Assembly: GCA_030141605.1 (NCBI GenBank)
Contig: JAQGDQ010000042.1
Coordinates: 620,001 to 684,000, forward strand
Direction: 5' to 3'
Length of the DNA stretch: 64,000 bases
Origin: Tubiluchus corallicola
Lineage: Eukaryota; Animalia; Priapulida
The notes beneath the pieces were generated by a model. The model was given only the letters and a program-made list of their open reading frames with translations. It was not told the origin of the DNA and searched no databases. How positions within the stretch are numbered: position 1 is the first letter of the stretch; each line of letters starts with the position of its first letter. This document shows, one piece after another, positions 1 through 14,135 of this stretch. The position numbers were made by a program, and so were the translations under genes.

Positions 1-959
1 TGTTTTCATTATTTCAGTGTCTAAAAGTTTACGTTTACATTTTTTGTAATTTTCACCAATTATAATCGTACGCCGTATACTTGTGTACGTAAAATTTCAT
101 TTTAAAAATATACACTGCTATCCACTATACCTAGATTTTCTTGATTGCATTGTATTTCATTTCTATTGTAATTTTTGTTTTTGCAACTCGTGACGATTTG
201 TCAGACCGGTAAAGTAATCGATTTTCCTGTATTCTTTTTTGTTCTATAGGCTATCGCTGAGAAACAATATAAAAGGTCTTAGACTATATATGTGGATGTT
301 GAAAGTAAATGAAGAGTTCTACGTGACATGATAATTATCTCTCATGATTACTGCAACTATTGTTATATGATTTTTTTTATAAAATGTAAGGTGGGGACTG
401 TGCAAGAGAGGGTACTTCTGAGCGAGCTTCTGCTTTCCTGGACAACTCTGGCAAGAGGCTGTTGTTTTAAGAAATTAGAGACCCCTGCCACGGAAGGCCT
501 GGTAATATTGAGTTATAAAATGTTGAAAAGGAGTACATGCATAAAATGGATTCCTGGTGTATGTAAACTTTTATACGGTGTGCTGAGCAGTGACATAGGT
601 TATTTAACTAAACATTTTGATTACCTCCAAGTAAATGACTCAGACTGCTATAGAAGCAGTTGCTGAGCTCCCAGAAGTGCTAAGGAGTATGCTAAAAAAA
701 TTGCAAAACAATTAAATGCAGAAAATTATGTACAAAGGTGCTGTGGAATGAAATAAACAGTAAACAAAATAAGAATGATTGCTTGCTTATTCGGCTGAAC
801 AAACAATATTATATAATTTAAAGAAACATCTAATAAATGTGCTAAGCAGTAACCCTACTTTTACAGGAACAATACCTTTGTTATGCAGAATTAGAGACTA
901 TTTATAATTTGGACATCTTAATTTTATCAAAAATAAAGTGTTTTCCTCCACAGCAAAAG

Positions 960-1935
960 GCTCACTATAACTAGCGTTTTTAACTAGCTCGTCAAAACGT
1001 CTAACGTACGGCGAGAAAAAAGCTCTTGCAAAAAGCACTGTAACACTGGAGCGATAAAAATGCCAGTGTAAACATTAATTACAGCCAGAAACGATATCGC
1101 TCCTCAAAATGCCACAAAAACACTCGTGAAAACGTCTAATGCTGTAGCGAGAAAAAAGCTCTTGCATTTTCTTGCTACGCCACAAAAACGCCGTTGAATA
1201 TGGGTATCGCAGCATTTTTGCTGCAGGTTTCGTAATGAGCATGTCACTGAACATTGAACAATGTTGTTGTACATAGTTCTAGTGCAACAGTAGGTGTGGC
1301 AATTGACTTTAAATGAAGCTCAGTCTGGCTATTCCGGGTTCAGTTTTAGTGAGTAACTGCATTCTAAACATCTTACCAAACTCTGAGGTATCCTTTTTTA
1401 GTAATTCTGTCACTATCTTCTCCAAGAAACAATAAGATTACGCCAAGCAATCAAGTTACGAGCTGGTTGTCATCTTATTTTGTATTGTCTCTTGTGTGGT
1501 AAGCACTTCACAGCCGTCCGGGCAAAATTTTCACTCAAAATTAGATGACAAGCATTATACTTCATAAAAATACATGCCAGCTAGACATTTAATTACTTTA
1601 TTAATAATAATAATAATAATAATTGTTTAGGAAACAGTTCAGGAATAACATCTAAAATCAACTCAATGATTATTTCCAATGTGGTCCCCATTTATGCTAT
1701 TACCTGCACGGTTGGTCGAAGAACCAGCTGTATAACTTTTTAAGTCTATCGCGCAACGATGTCCGTTTTCACTGAGTGTTTAAAGCGCAGTGATCGAAAA
1801 AGCTTCTAAGCTGCTAGTGAAAACACTGGAGTGTTCTTCATTCATTTTCATATGGAAAGCGATATTCATTTTCACTGAGCATTAAAAATGACGTAATAAA
1901 CGCAGCTTTAAAAACTCTAGTCAAAACAGACCGTT
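960..1935. repeat. Internally repetitive, probably DNA-transposon-derived sequence
   Basis: AAAACGTCTAA...GCGAGAAAAAAGCTCTTGCA occurs twice (~995, ~1130); TTTTCACTGAG twice (~1766, ~1870); AACACTGGAG at ~1043 and ~1822. Termini not identified. Confidence 0.4.
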
Positions 1936-2499
1936 TACTTGTAATTACTGTGACAAATGAGAAACCTGCTTCTTACAGCCTTCCAACTTTCATCATTTGT
2001 TTGTAATCATAGTGTGAATTAGTAGTGCAGCAAACAGTTTGAATGATCAAACAGTTATGCTGTTTATATAAGCCAGACCAGGGAACATCTTACCAACAGG
2101 GTGGTGGAGCATGCACAGGAATTTTTGTTTTCAACACCATTAGCAATTTAATCCCTTGTATGTTGGGGATTTTGTGTCCTTTCATTGTAATGTCTGCAAC
2201 AAATAGTGTCCCGGGCTTCAAATTTTGGAGGCCTTGCATATTATTGAAAAACAGCCTCAGCTCAACACTGAACACAGTACTAGCCCATTGTATTTTCAAT
2301 ATGCAGGTGGTTTAAATAAATAAACTTGACTTGCCTGTTATTCGATAATATTTCTTTCCACCATTCATGCAAATTTGTGAATGCTTGTTGTGTTATGTTT
2401 GTTTAGACTGTGATTTCTCAGATGCCTTTTAATATGTGCTTTGATTGTTCACAAGACACATTACATATTTGGTAAATAATATTTAGGTTTCTCTTCATA

Positions 2500-5400
2500 A
2501 TTTTGCTGACTTTGCAATGATTGTACCAAAGAAGTGACTGAATATAAATTTTAGTTCGTGATTGGTTTGTAGACTTGGTGGTCACTAAATTGTTTTTCTG
2601 TCACAATGAATCGTCTTTTTGGATCATCGAAGCCAAAAGCTCCACCTCCAAATCTCTCGGACTGTATTAGTAATGTAAGTGCAACAGCTGCATTATTTAA
2701 TAAATGTTAGTCTACATTTGTGTTTACGAATACTGAAAAGCTTTTTAAAAACTTTTTCAAGTCCAAAATATTTAACATGTTTTAGCTATAAGCAGAAGAG
2801 TATTGATGGTAAAACTGTAAGTGATGTGGGTGTTTGTGTTACGCTATAAATTGTAGTTGTCTCTGAATGGTGTTCAGATTTTGTGCCACGCTTATGATCT
2901 TGCTTTGGTTGCTGGGTTCACGGACCGCAGTTTTAGTATAAAATATGTATACCAGAACAGTCGGTGAGATTTACACATCAATCGAACAGCGTGCACAGAA
3001 TTAAAAAAATTTTCAACTTAAATTTAAACTGCAGCAGCTTAAAACTATATTTGTATAGCAAATAGTGCTATTTTGTTTTAGTGCAAAATAGATAAAAGTG
3101 CATTTTAACCAATGGCGTGCCTGAATTACTGTTATACCCAACCAACCAGTGGTGTCGGGCGTAATTAACCGATTTAAATAACAATTAGCCAATCAAAAAT
3201 AGCTCAAGTTGTTGTACCGTGGCTGTTGGAAGAACTGTTCAGTTAGAAAACTTGTATCACTTTTCTACTACAAAAATTATGTATAATAATCTTGCACTTT
3301 AGCCATTCAGCAATATAGATTTTTTTATTAGTATTGGACAATTATTTTTATATGATGGCTTTTGAATCAGATTCACATTGACTGAGAAAAGTTGAGAAAT
3401 TTTCCTTGTATTTTAGGTTGACAGCCGTTCAGAGTCAATTGAAAAGAAAATATCCAAATTGGATGCAGAATTAAAAAAATACAAAGATCAGATGAAAAAG
3501 ATGAGAGATGGACCTTCAAAAGTAAGGTTATTTTGTAGTAGTGAACAGCCCCGATAATTATTTAAATATGAACACCCTGACCTGTATTTTGAACTTATTT
3601 TTTGCCGAAAAGACAATGCTTGTTTTTTGTAGCTGGTATCAGAACTTTATTTGTTGCAATAATTTATACAAAATGGTTTTTAACCTAAGCATGATTACTG
3701 AGCATGTTTTTTATATTTTGTATGATTGTACAAACATATTTGCTTGCTTGTTGCTGCAACACGAAAAAGGAAGATGTTTGTTATTTTGTTTCTCAAAAAT
3801 TTTCTCTGTTTCTAGAATATGGTAAAGCAGAAAGCTATGCGAGTCTTAAAACAAAAAAGAATGTAAGTTTTGTGATTCTCTGCTAAAATAGTTGCTTTCA
3901 CTAAATGCATATCACCTTTTTCTTCTATTTTGACATGATAATTGTGAACTAACAAGTTATCGTATCTATTAATTTTGGTTGTGCGGAGTACATATGTATA
4001 TATGTTTCGAGGCTACAGCTCCAATGACAGCACCATTTCCAGCAAAAGGTTTCGATCTACTATCTTGCCATTGGGGGGTTTATTTTTCAAACCAGGCCCA
4101 ATGGGATGAATGGGGGGGGCAAAAAATGCCAGAAAGGGCTCTCTTTTGGCCGTTCTTTGCAAAACTCATACTTCTTATTTCTGGAGAACAGGAATGGGCC
4201 ACGATAGCCCGTTCAGCGGTGGATGGAGTATGCGTTTGAATTTGCGGGAGGGCCACGGTTCCCTGACTCAACTCCTGATTGTTTCCAAAATTTGACTAAA
4301 CAACCTACAGAAAAAACGTTCTAGCAGTGCCTGTTGAGTCTCTTGGAAGGAGATATATTATGGCTGTTTAGAAAGAGGAAGAAAAGGGCTACATGATGGT
4401 GTGGGCTACATTTTAGGAAACCTCCACCGTGAGGAGCTGTGATGAGTTGATTGGAGATTCCATTTTGGACGATTTTCGTTTGGAAAACTGCTGAAGCAAA
4501 GCCATTGTTCTGACGTCATTCCATTGTACTGTGTTTATAACTTTATATATTTCAGTAAAAGCTGCTGCTGGCTTTGCATTAGGTAAATAAACGAACACTA
4601 GGTAGAATGTTCGTGCATTGTTGATTATAAGTGGATTTATAAGCAAAATTTTTTGCAGGGCATTTGTTCATAATCTGTTAATACATATGATGTTTTTTCT
4701 TATTAAATATAAATGGTGATCAGTATGCCTGATTGATATTATTGATATCTTTCTTACAGGTATGAGCAGCAGCGAGACAATTTAATGCAGCAGTCTTTCA
4801 ATATGGAGCAGGCTAACTTTGCGACACAAACGCTTAAGGACACAAAAACAACGGTAAGGCATTCAGAGGCATTCTTACACTTGTGCAAAACCAAAGTGAA
4901 AAAACTTTGGTGACAAAATAGATCAAATTGATGACAGTTAAGGTTTAGGTTTTTTCACGCCACTTTTATACTATAGTACTGTTTCATACTTGTCAGGCAC
5001 ATAGCACATGCAATTTTCAGTTTTTAAATACTCCATTTTTATTAGGGTAGTTTGTATTTAAACATTTCAGTTTGTATGTAGTGCTGTTTTTACTGGTAGT
5101 AATAAGATTGAAATAACAAATATTTCTTTTGTAAATATTTGTCAGTGCTGAATTCATTTAACTATAAATTAATTATCAAGAGGTTATTTGCGTGTTCTTA
5201 CTAATTAACTTGCTAAAATGAAATATCCTTGAGAGCTTTATCAAAATTTGCGCCTTAACATGAGGTTTAACTATTTTGGTATAATAAATGCAACCTCAGC
5301 TTCATGTCAGATGATATATGAAGTAGCATAAAACTGACTTTCCCTAAACAAGATATGTGATTCTAAATTTTTTTAATTACAGTCAGTTCTTGTTATAACG

Positions 5401-8400
5401 CCCAAATTTTTCACAAAACAAAATGTCTTTATTTGCATAGGCATGTAGGCATTAATGCACCTCGTTCTAATGCTGAACTCGTTACATCGCCAACTTTTTT
5501 GCTGTTCCTAAGTAGGTGGTATAAAGAAGTTTTACTGTTTTAGTAATTTGTAGTGAATAATTGATCTTTCTATAATACAGGTTGATGCAATGAAAATGGG
5601 AATGAAAGAAATGAAGAAGGACTATGCAAAAGTTAACATTGATGAAATTGAGGTAAGTAAAATTCAATGCGTGACTGTTCATCAAGCAGTCCAAAATGGA
5701 TGAGCAAAACTGTAACATGAAGGAGACTAATAAGTAAGCATTGCCTTATGCAAAGACAAGTCTAGATGCTATTCAAAAATAAGAGAGTAATTTTATAGAT
5801 TTCTCTTTTGCTGGATTTCATGATTTTTATCAAAGCAAGCAGTATACATTATATACTGTTTCATTAATTTTGTCATGCTTTAAACCGTTTCACAGTTGTC
5901 TGGTATTTTAAGTAGGTGATACTTACTGTAACTACTTTCTGTTTTGGACAGTAGAACTTGTAAACGTAACAAGTTACCCTGTAACAAGTCTGTGCACTCT
6001 AACAGTGCTTGCAGTAATCCTCAGTATAATATACTTGTACAAGCTTGACATTTCAATTTGTATAAGCTAACCAAGTTATTAAAGTTAAAAATGTTTGAAA
6101 CAAGATTACTATAGCAATAGATATTCAGCCGTGTTGTAAACATTTCTGTCACTAACAAATAAGTAACAGGAAATGTAACGTTCTCTTTTAAAATTGTAAA
6201 ATATTCAGCACCGTATAGTACTACGGCATTAATCCGGTATTTCATTTACTATAAAGATTGTCATTTTTATTTTAAGAAATAAACTGTAAGTGTCATTTTA
6301 CAGTGTGCTGAAAATTTGCCACTTTCAGAATCTGCAAGATGATTTGGAAGACATGTTAGAACAAGCTAATGAAGTACAAGAGACGCTTGGTCGATCGTAT
6401 GGAATGCCAGAATTAGATGATGATGAACTTGAAGCTGGTATGTTCTTGCTTGTTAATCTTTTATCACTCTCTGTCATTATTTTTCTTACATTAATTTATG
6501 TATTACCCAAGGTCACAAAAATTGTATTCGCTTGTTTGAATCAACGGCACACTATAACGTGGAAGTTTGTAGCGTGCATTCACACATCCTTTACATATGC
6601 AAATACCTAGTGCTAGTTGTTTACAGGTACTTTACTTTGATTTAGTTATATGCCACCAGTAAGCTCCGCCGCTGTTGTCTTTCCCAGGCACAAACCTGTC
6701 ATAATAAGAATCAGCGCTCTCGCACTGCTGATGCATAATAAACAACGTTCATCTTTACAAATTTACTGATAAAAATAAAAATTAGTTTGTTAAAATAAAT
6801 TGATTTTTGGTATAAATAGATCAGTAAAACAGTACATTTTCGTGCCCAAATTGTAAACAAAATGTATTTACTGTATAACATATAGAACAAACTGTGGCAA
6901 ACCACAATGCAAACTGTTATTTACAATCCTCGCTAGCCTCAGCTTATCTACAAAGTTCAGATTACTGGTTAAAGCAGGTATACATTGTAGAGGTTAGGTA
7001 CCCTGTGTACTTGACACAGTTTCAAAGGTGGAAAAGAAGCCAGAGCGTAAACAGAAAATAGTTATCTGGTTTAGTATGTTAGAATGTTGCTGAGTCCTAA
7101 TTTTGCTATAATTCAAAATTTCAAAGTCAGCTTGCTGGCAAAATTAAAACATCCGGTTTTATGAAGTAGCAGTATGCAGTTTCTCCAAGCCGTATTTACA
7201 GTCCTTGCATTGTAAACTCTAGAGTCTGTGGACTGCTGACTCAAGTACTATGTATGACTTGCTTATTATTGTCAGAAATTAATTCGATTCTCGTCCCACA
7301 TGTTAAAAGATAATAAAGGCTTTTCAATTTTTACTTGTTTGTCAGATATTATGTTAAGCTGTTTCAACAGAGCACAGAAAACTGCACACAATTATGCGAG
7401 AGCAATATCATGCTTGAATTAATTGCATCCTTTATTATAGCAATATTATGCACTTAAGCCTCTAAGACATTTAGCTTAGCTGTGGCTAGGTGTTGTTTGC
7501 CGCTAAGAGGCAAAATGATTCCTACACTGAGTATAGAGTACTGATGCTCTATGCCACCGCCACTGATTCTAATCACATTACTTAGATTCGTTGCCGAAAA
7601 ATCTGTGTAACGGATGTAACACATGTCCATGAATACTCAGATTGCATTTTTCACATGCTTCACCACACTGCATGCCGAAATCTGCCACTTGAGAACAGGG
7701 CTTATTCAATGAGATTTTGTAGCATGACTGAAGCATGGCTCAAGTATCAACGATATCCCTTTAAGATGAGCCACTAAACCAGCAAAGGTGTCTCAAGTAC
7801 GACTGCATGTATTCATATCCTCTCACTACAAAGTAAACAAATGATACCCAGTCCTGAGTGAGCTAGTATCAAAAAAAGAACCCAGGCCGCCAAACACCAT
7901 TAACATGCCTGTCCAATCAGCCTTGAATCTCATCACATCTTACGTTGTCATTAAAACTAACTATGTAGCAGAAGAATAAATAATTGTTGTTTAGCATAAA
8001 TATTTGTTTTTTGTGGGAAGATTTTGTGAATTTAGCCATTACATGCACATGGCCTGTTTATTATTAAACTTAAAAAGTTAACTTTTGTTTGCAAAAAATG
8101 TTTTTAAACTCAATTTGTCTGTTTAAGCCATAATTTTTTGGTAACATTCCATAGTGTCTTCTATGTTAATAGTGTAATTATTTAGTTTTGTTTCAACTTA
8201 TTATCAAGTTAAATTCTATTTAAAGCTGAACTTTTTTTGATATCCCATTTTTAGAACTTGACGCTCTCGGAGATGAAATAGCTTTAGATGACGATACATC
8301 ATTTTTAGATGATGCTATTTCAGCACCCAATGCTCCCAGTAAAGAACCAGGAGCAGACAGTATAGCAGTTAGTGAGGTGAGAAAACCCTCAATTTGCATT

Positions 8401-11400
8401 TGCTTTTTGTTAAAGGAAAAGGCAAAGGTCATTAACCTGGTCATACAATTTTTAGTACAACTAATTAACAATTAAAAGTTCTGAAATTATCATGCATGTC
8501 TCTACTTCCTGCTCTAAGATTGACCAAACATACTTGTATTGATTTTTATCTCGCATCCATAGGCGTAGCATAGGTGTGGGACACGGGGTAATCGCTCCGG
8601 GCGCAAGGGTGAGAGAACGCAAAAGTTTTTTAGAGTTCAATGACTGTTACTTATTAATTACTAATCTGACATTTACAAAATTATTAACAAAAGTTTTCAA
8701 ACTATGACAAAATTGCATAGTCAGAGATCATCATAGCTAATTTAATTACTATGTACAGCCTAAAAAGGCCAATGTTGCTGGTTAATAGTGTGTGTAGAGT
8801 GTTGTGCCTCTTTGCAGATCGATAATTTTGGGAGAAACAGTGTCGTCATTCTCTAAGTGCCGATTGTATTATTGTGAACACCTGTGAATGTTTAAGGACT
8901 GTCGTGTTACACACAACTAATGCATAGAAAAGAGTCACTCTGGTGCAGTACCGCAAATCCAAACTCAGGGCGATTCTTAGGAAAAATTCGATTTCTGTAT
9001 CTCCTCATGCCGGGCTCAGGGACATAAGAAACGTGCACAATTTGCAGCTTCACCCACGAAACAAATGATCAGAACATTAAAAAGTTAGGGCACCAAAAAT
9101 TTTTTGGCCAGTGGGTGCGATATGCACTTGTTGCACCACCGAAAGTTTTTGTTACCATATGAAGGCAATTCTAAAGTTTTGCAGCTGACTCAGAAATATC
9201 ACAAATTTTCCTATTTAAATCTTTGTATCTAAATCTAGGAACACAAAAATTTATAACTTTTTTATTGAAAATTGTCGCAACAACCTTCTTGTGCACACAC
9301 ACTTTTACGCTGTAATAAGAACTGCAAGTACTGTACATAATAAAATTGTAGATTTGTGTTCACTGTTCAGGTAAACGTGCAATTCTGTGAAACTAATAGG
9401 CGCTGGGCTGGCTAATTTTTTGGAGTTTAAGTTTCGGCTTGTTAAAATAACTATTTCGTCACTTTGTCTTAGTGCACTGGCTGAGTTGCAGAGTTATTGT
9501 ACTATTGTTAGTGTAAAAATTTGTTATAATAAAATAAAATGGGATTTGTAAGATTAATCACCTAACTTTATTGGTTTCAACACTTTGTTGTATATTGTTT
9601 TTTGTACGAGAGAAATAAATAAATTGAAATTTAAATTCAAATGAATGATCATGATTTTAAAAACAATTTACTAACTACACGGACTTTTTTACTGTTGAAG
9701 CTTTCCAAGAAGTTTACATTTCGCCACACAGTTTAAAAATCCTAACCCTAATTCACTTCACAAACTAATTTCTTGTGTGTGGGGAATTGTAAAGTAAAAT
9801 TTAACTTTTCGAATTAAAGTAAGCCTTGCCTTTTCCTTCTATATTCATTGGTACAGTAATGTAATTACCATAATGGAATAATCGCTCTTTTAGGGAGGAG
9901 TGCCAGTTGATGAATTCGGATTACCACAATTGCGTGCATAGAGCTCCACTCGTCATTTGACTGTCGTTTTGTTTGTGAGGACTGGCAGTTGACTCCTCTG
10001 TGATATAGATGTATATTATAAAATGATATATTCTTGTTCATAAAACTTTGAGCTTTGTTAAAAGATCAAACAATTTCCAATTGAAAAACTAAAAATGGAT
10101 TTACATCTTAAATAGCATGGGAAAATATGAGCAACCAACAAGTCACATTTTTGTTATATCTTCTTGGCTAATAAGGCAAGAATATTCTAAAAACAATATA
10201 AATTGAACATTTTGTGTCATTTGATTATTAGAAACCATCACAGAATCTTAGGTTAGAATATTTAACATTAAACTTTTCACAAATTTATATTAATTTTCAT
10301 TGTAAAGTAATAAGTGTTATTAATTGTACAGATAAAATATGTATCACTGAATTTCATTTTTTTCAGTTTTAATTCCCATTTTCTAGTAAAATTTTATTTA
10401 GGAATACTTGTTGATATTTATTTATTTAGATGTTTCCTAGATGTAATGAAATCATTTTTTGGATTGTTTATGCATTATTAATCACCATAAATCTTTGCAA
10501 TTTTTAAAGTAGCTTGTCAATGTACTATGCAAAACAAAAGTTACCCTTTGCTCCATTTGAGGGTATGAAAAGTATTCAAAATATGAATGCTTGAAGTGAA
10601 TGTATCAGCTTTACTGATACATATTATACCTCTTTGTCTGTTATTGTATTGTTGAGATGGACACAGTTGGCAATATCCCATTCTTACCACTGTAAATAAT
10701 GTGACAGTAACTACATTTGCAACATGTTGGCGTTATGATTAGCCCTTTCGTGCCTGTGAGTTTTATATTATCAGAGCTTAGCGTTTATGGAAAAAACTTT
10801 GGCATAGTATAGCAAAATGTTTAGTATTATTGGAACCAACTATTCTTTGGCTTTAATTAACAGTTTATACATTTGAATGTGAAAGAACTATTATAAACTT
10901 AATTAGAGTATAACAAGGTGTGAATTATTTGTTTTTTTTTTGTGAGTTTATTATTTGGTGTTTTACGTATTACATTTTCAAAATTCCACTGTTATAAACA
11001 GTTAAATAAGTGTTTACAGGTCGTGAAATACATAATTCACCAACTGTAATAATCTTGTGATTTAGGCTGTACAAAAAGCGTTACTGAGCCAATTTTTGAT
11101 ATAGAAACACTTTCATGCTGTATTTTGTTGAAGAACTTATTTCTTATGCCGAAAACAAAATCATCATAAAAATTATTTGTTTTATGTTAGTGGCTGTTCT
11201 GGTCTTTATCTTTTTAAGAAAAACAAGATGGTTTCTCATATAGTATCCAATTTTAAAGTACGGTAAAAGTATGCATTTTAACACCTATAATAATGGCAAA
11301 AGCAGAAATTGAAGTACGGTGGTACTGTACAATATTCAGTGTGATATACGAAAATTATGCCATATTTTAAGTTTAAAATTCAAATTTCAAGTTTACCGCT

Positions 11401-11625
11401 GTGTTTACGCATGAGCTTTCGAACGTGTGCATTACATCAGAACTGAACACCTCTGAACTATGAGAGGTACAGTGCCTTTTTTGTGCAATGCATTTCCCCC
11501 GAGATATAGGCATTAGTGCCCATCTTAACTAGCAAATGGCAAAATACACATAACATTTAGGGAACACGAAATTACGTTTTTTTTGGTGTGGTAATAATTA
11601 TTTCACACAAGTCATTCTTGAAAAT
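2500..11625 (+). repeat. Tandem segmental duplication, unit 1
   Basis: Colinear and highly similar to ~14030-23235, from about 105 bp upstream of the ATG through the 3' UTR and into a downstream MITE. Confidence 0.93.
2606..9941 (+). CDS. CHMP5: Charged multivesicular body protein 5 (Vps60, ESCRT-III), copy 1; 8 exons, 221 aa
   Basis: GT-AG exons 2606-2674, 3417-3521, 3816-3862, 4760-4853, 5581-5652, 6329-6437, 8255-8376, 9894-9941 join in frame (666 nt): [82 protein letters not shown]...[15 protein letters not shown], the recognisable CHMP5 sequence. Confidence 0.96.
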
Positions 11626-13726
11626 CCGGCTGATGATGTTACTCTCGGCCTAGATGCAAATGCACTTTTATGCTCAACCAGATGGAAACATGGACCAGCC
11701 TTCCTGAAACAATCAAAGGAAAATTGGCCAAACTTCGACTTCTTATCAGGAAAGAACTACATGCTGGATGACAAAGAGGTAAAGAGAAAAGTTGCAGCTT
11801 GTGCAATAGAAGTAGTAAGTGAAAAGAGTGTTATAGATAAGCTATGTGAACACTATTCTTCCTTTTTCAGACTGAAACGAGCTGTTGCTTGGCTGATAAA
11901 GGTCAAAAGAAATCTATACAGCCGAATTAGAAGATATAATGAAAATTCATCAATGAAACTAACCTTGTCGGACATTAGTGAAGCTGAAAATGAAATAGTG
12001 AAACACATTCAGCAGATGCATTTCAATAGAGAATACCAGATGTTGTCAAAGGACGTAGGACAATTGGTTCCAAAATCAAGTGATCTCTACAAGCTTGATC
12101 CAGTCATGTCTTCTGGGGGTGTACTGACTATAGGAGGTCGCTTACGCCATGCTGACCTTGCCGACTCAGCAAAACATCCGGTGTTGTTACCTTCCAAACA
12201 CCCATTTTCTAAGCTGGTGATTAGGCACTACCATGACAACTATGGCCATATTGGCAAAGAACACACCATGTCTCTCGTGAGATCCAAGTACTGGATTATA
12301 GGACTTCGTGCAATGACAAACAAGGTAATTCGAGAGTGCAGATTGTGCAGGTTAAAGTTACAATTACCCATGGAGCAAAAATGAGCGATCTGCCACCTGA
12401 AAGAGTTGAAGTTTCCAGATGCTTCGAAAATGTAGACCTAGACTGTTTTGGGCCATACTTAGTTAAAAGAGCACGAAGCCAAGTTAAGCGCTATGGGCTA
12501 ATTACATGCATGGCAACCCGAGCAATTCATTTGGAAGTATTGCACTCTATGGACAGCAGTTCATTGATTAATGCAATTCAACGATTCTCTTGCCGACGAG
12601 GTGAACCAAAAATCATCAGATCTGATTGCGGTACGAACATGGTTGGAGCAGACCGTGAACTCAGGCAGTCAATCAAACAGTTGGAGCAAACAAAGATTTC
12701 TGTTGCAATGCTGAAGCAGAACATAGAATGGAAATTCCACCCACTTGCTGCTCATCACACAGCTGGAGTTTGGGAACGCTTAGTCAAGAGCGTTAAGCGA
12801 GTTTTAAGCTTCGTTATGACCAAGCAAACATTAGATGATGAAGGTTTGCAAACTTACTTTTGTATCGTAGAAAGCATTCTAAATAACAGGCCGATCACGA
12901 GTGTTTCTGATGACATAAAAGACTGTGAAGCACTGACGCCTAATCACCTACTGCAATTACATAAGAACCCAGTTTACGCTCCTTAGCAATTTAGCACAGT
13001 TGACATCTACAAAAAACGTTGGCGACAGATTCAACATATGGCTGACATATTCTGGAGAAGATGGCTTAAGGAATATCTTCCTTTACTTCAGGCACGTTCC
13101 AAGTGTAGTAAAATGAAAAAACCAATTCGCATCGGAGACGTGGTACTCATAAAAGACGAAAATGCTCCTAGAAATTGCTGGTGCCTTGGAAGAGTACAGG
13201 AAGTACATCTTAGCCATGACGGAATCGTACGGACAGCAACCCTGATGACTCAAGGAGGTTTACTGAAACGTCATATCAATCAGCTATGCATGATTGAGGG
13301 AAACAGGGAATAAACTGCAATTGGTAAATGCTTTGTCACATCGCATTTAAGGAGGCGGTGTAGGGAATTTCGCTAAGTATCGCGTTGGTCACGTGACCAC
13401 GTTCACTCACCTGTGCAGATCTGTTTCTACCTGGGCAAGTGAGTTAGCTGGCAGACGTTAACAGGCTTCTTTAAAAGTAGTTTTTCACAGTATGATAGTG
13501 ATAATTTGTCAGATATATTGGTAAATACTAGATTTGCTTTATGGAGACATACGATGTAAGTAAATATATCATTTTGTATCATTTTGATTGAACTGATCAC
13601 TTTGAACATTTTAGTTTAATTAATGACAATCTTATAATTTGATAGAACGTGTTACATAGTATAAATTAGTAAAATTACCAAATTAGGTTTACTTAATGTT
13701 TGTGTTTAGTAAAGTCTAGAACTACA
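11621..13726 (+). mobile_element. 5'-truncated, degenerate BEL/Pao LTR retrotransposon (RNase H end, integrase, C-terminal domain, PPT, 3' LTR)
   Basis: Starts at ENPADD (Pao RNase H motif), then RWKHGPAFL; ORFs 11761-12384, 12336-12986 and 13038-13313 carry the HHCC zinc finger, DCFGP, IRSDCGTN, GVWERLVKSVK, LTPNHLL and [14 protein letters not shown] motifs. One frameshift near 12380 and a stop at 12984. Confidence 0.92.
13359..13726 (+). mobile_element. 3' LTR of the BEL/Pao element
   Basis: Follows purine tract AAGGAGGCGG (13349-13358); termini TGTAG...CTACA; AGTAAA poly(A)-like signal just before the end. No second LTR is available to confirm the right boundary. Confidence 0.7.
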
Positions 13727-14135
13727 GAATTTAATGCAAATTTGTAAAATAGCTTTTTTTATTTATTTATTTTTCAATAGAAATGACGTATTAAATGCTA
13801 CAATATTTTGTTGGAATATGGCGGACATTGATTGTAGTACATTTCTTTATAAAACATTCAATATCTTATTCTTTATTTCTTTTTTCCATTCAGACTTTTT
13901 CATGACCTTCACCCTTTCTTTATTACTATCTATGGTATATTTTTTGCAGCCTCAACTACTTCATTATACCATGACTTTTCATGTGCACTGTTTATTTGCA
14001 TTTCGAGTACCTCAAATGCTAATCTCTTTGGTTTTTGGTGACTTTGCAGTGATTGTACCAAAGAAGTGACTGAATATAAATTTTAGTTCTTGATTGGTTC
14101 GTAGACTTGGTGGTTACTAAATTGTTTCTGTCACA

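Noticed and set aside
1-328. Possible 3' part of an LTR ending ...ACGTGACA
   Set aside because: Truncated by the window edge; no second LTR, PBS or TSD to confirm.
2090-2335. Minus-strand segment bounded by CAG and GTAAGA with a 69-aa ORF
   Set aside because: No recognisable protein and no partner exons found; could be a non-coding exon but unsupported.
8557-9140. Possible hAT-like MITE beginning CATAGGCGTAGC in CHMP5 intron 7
   Set aside because: Right TIR and TSD too degenerate to define.
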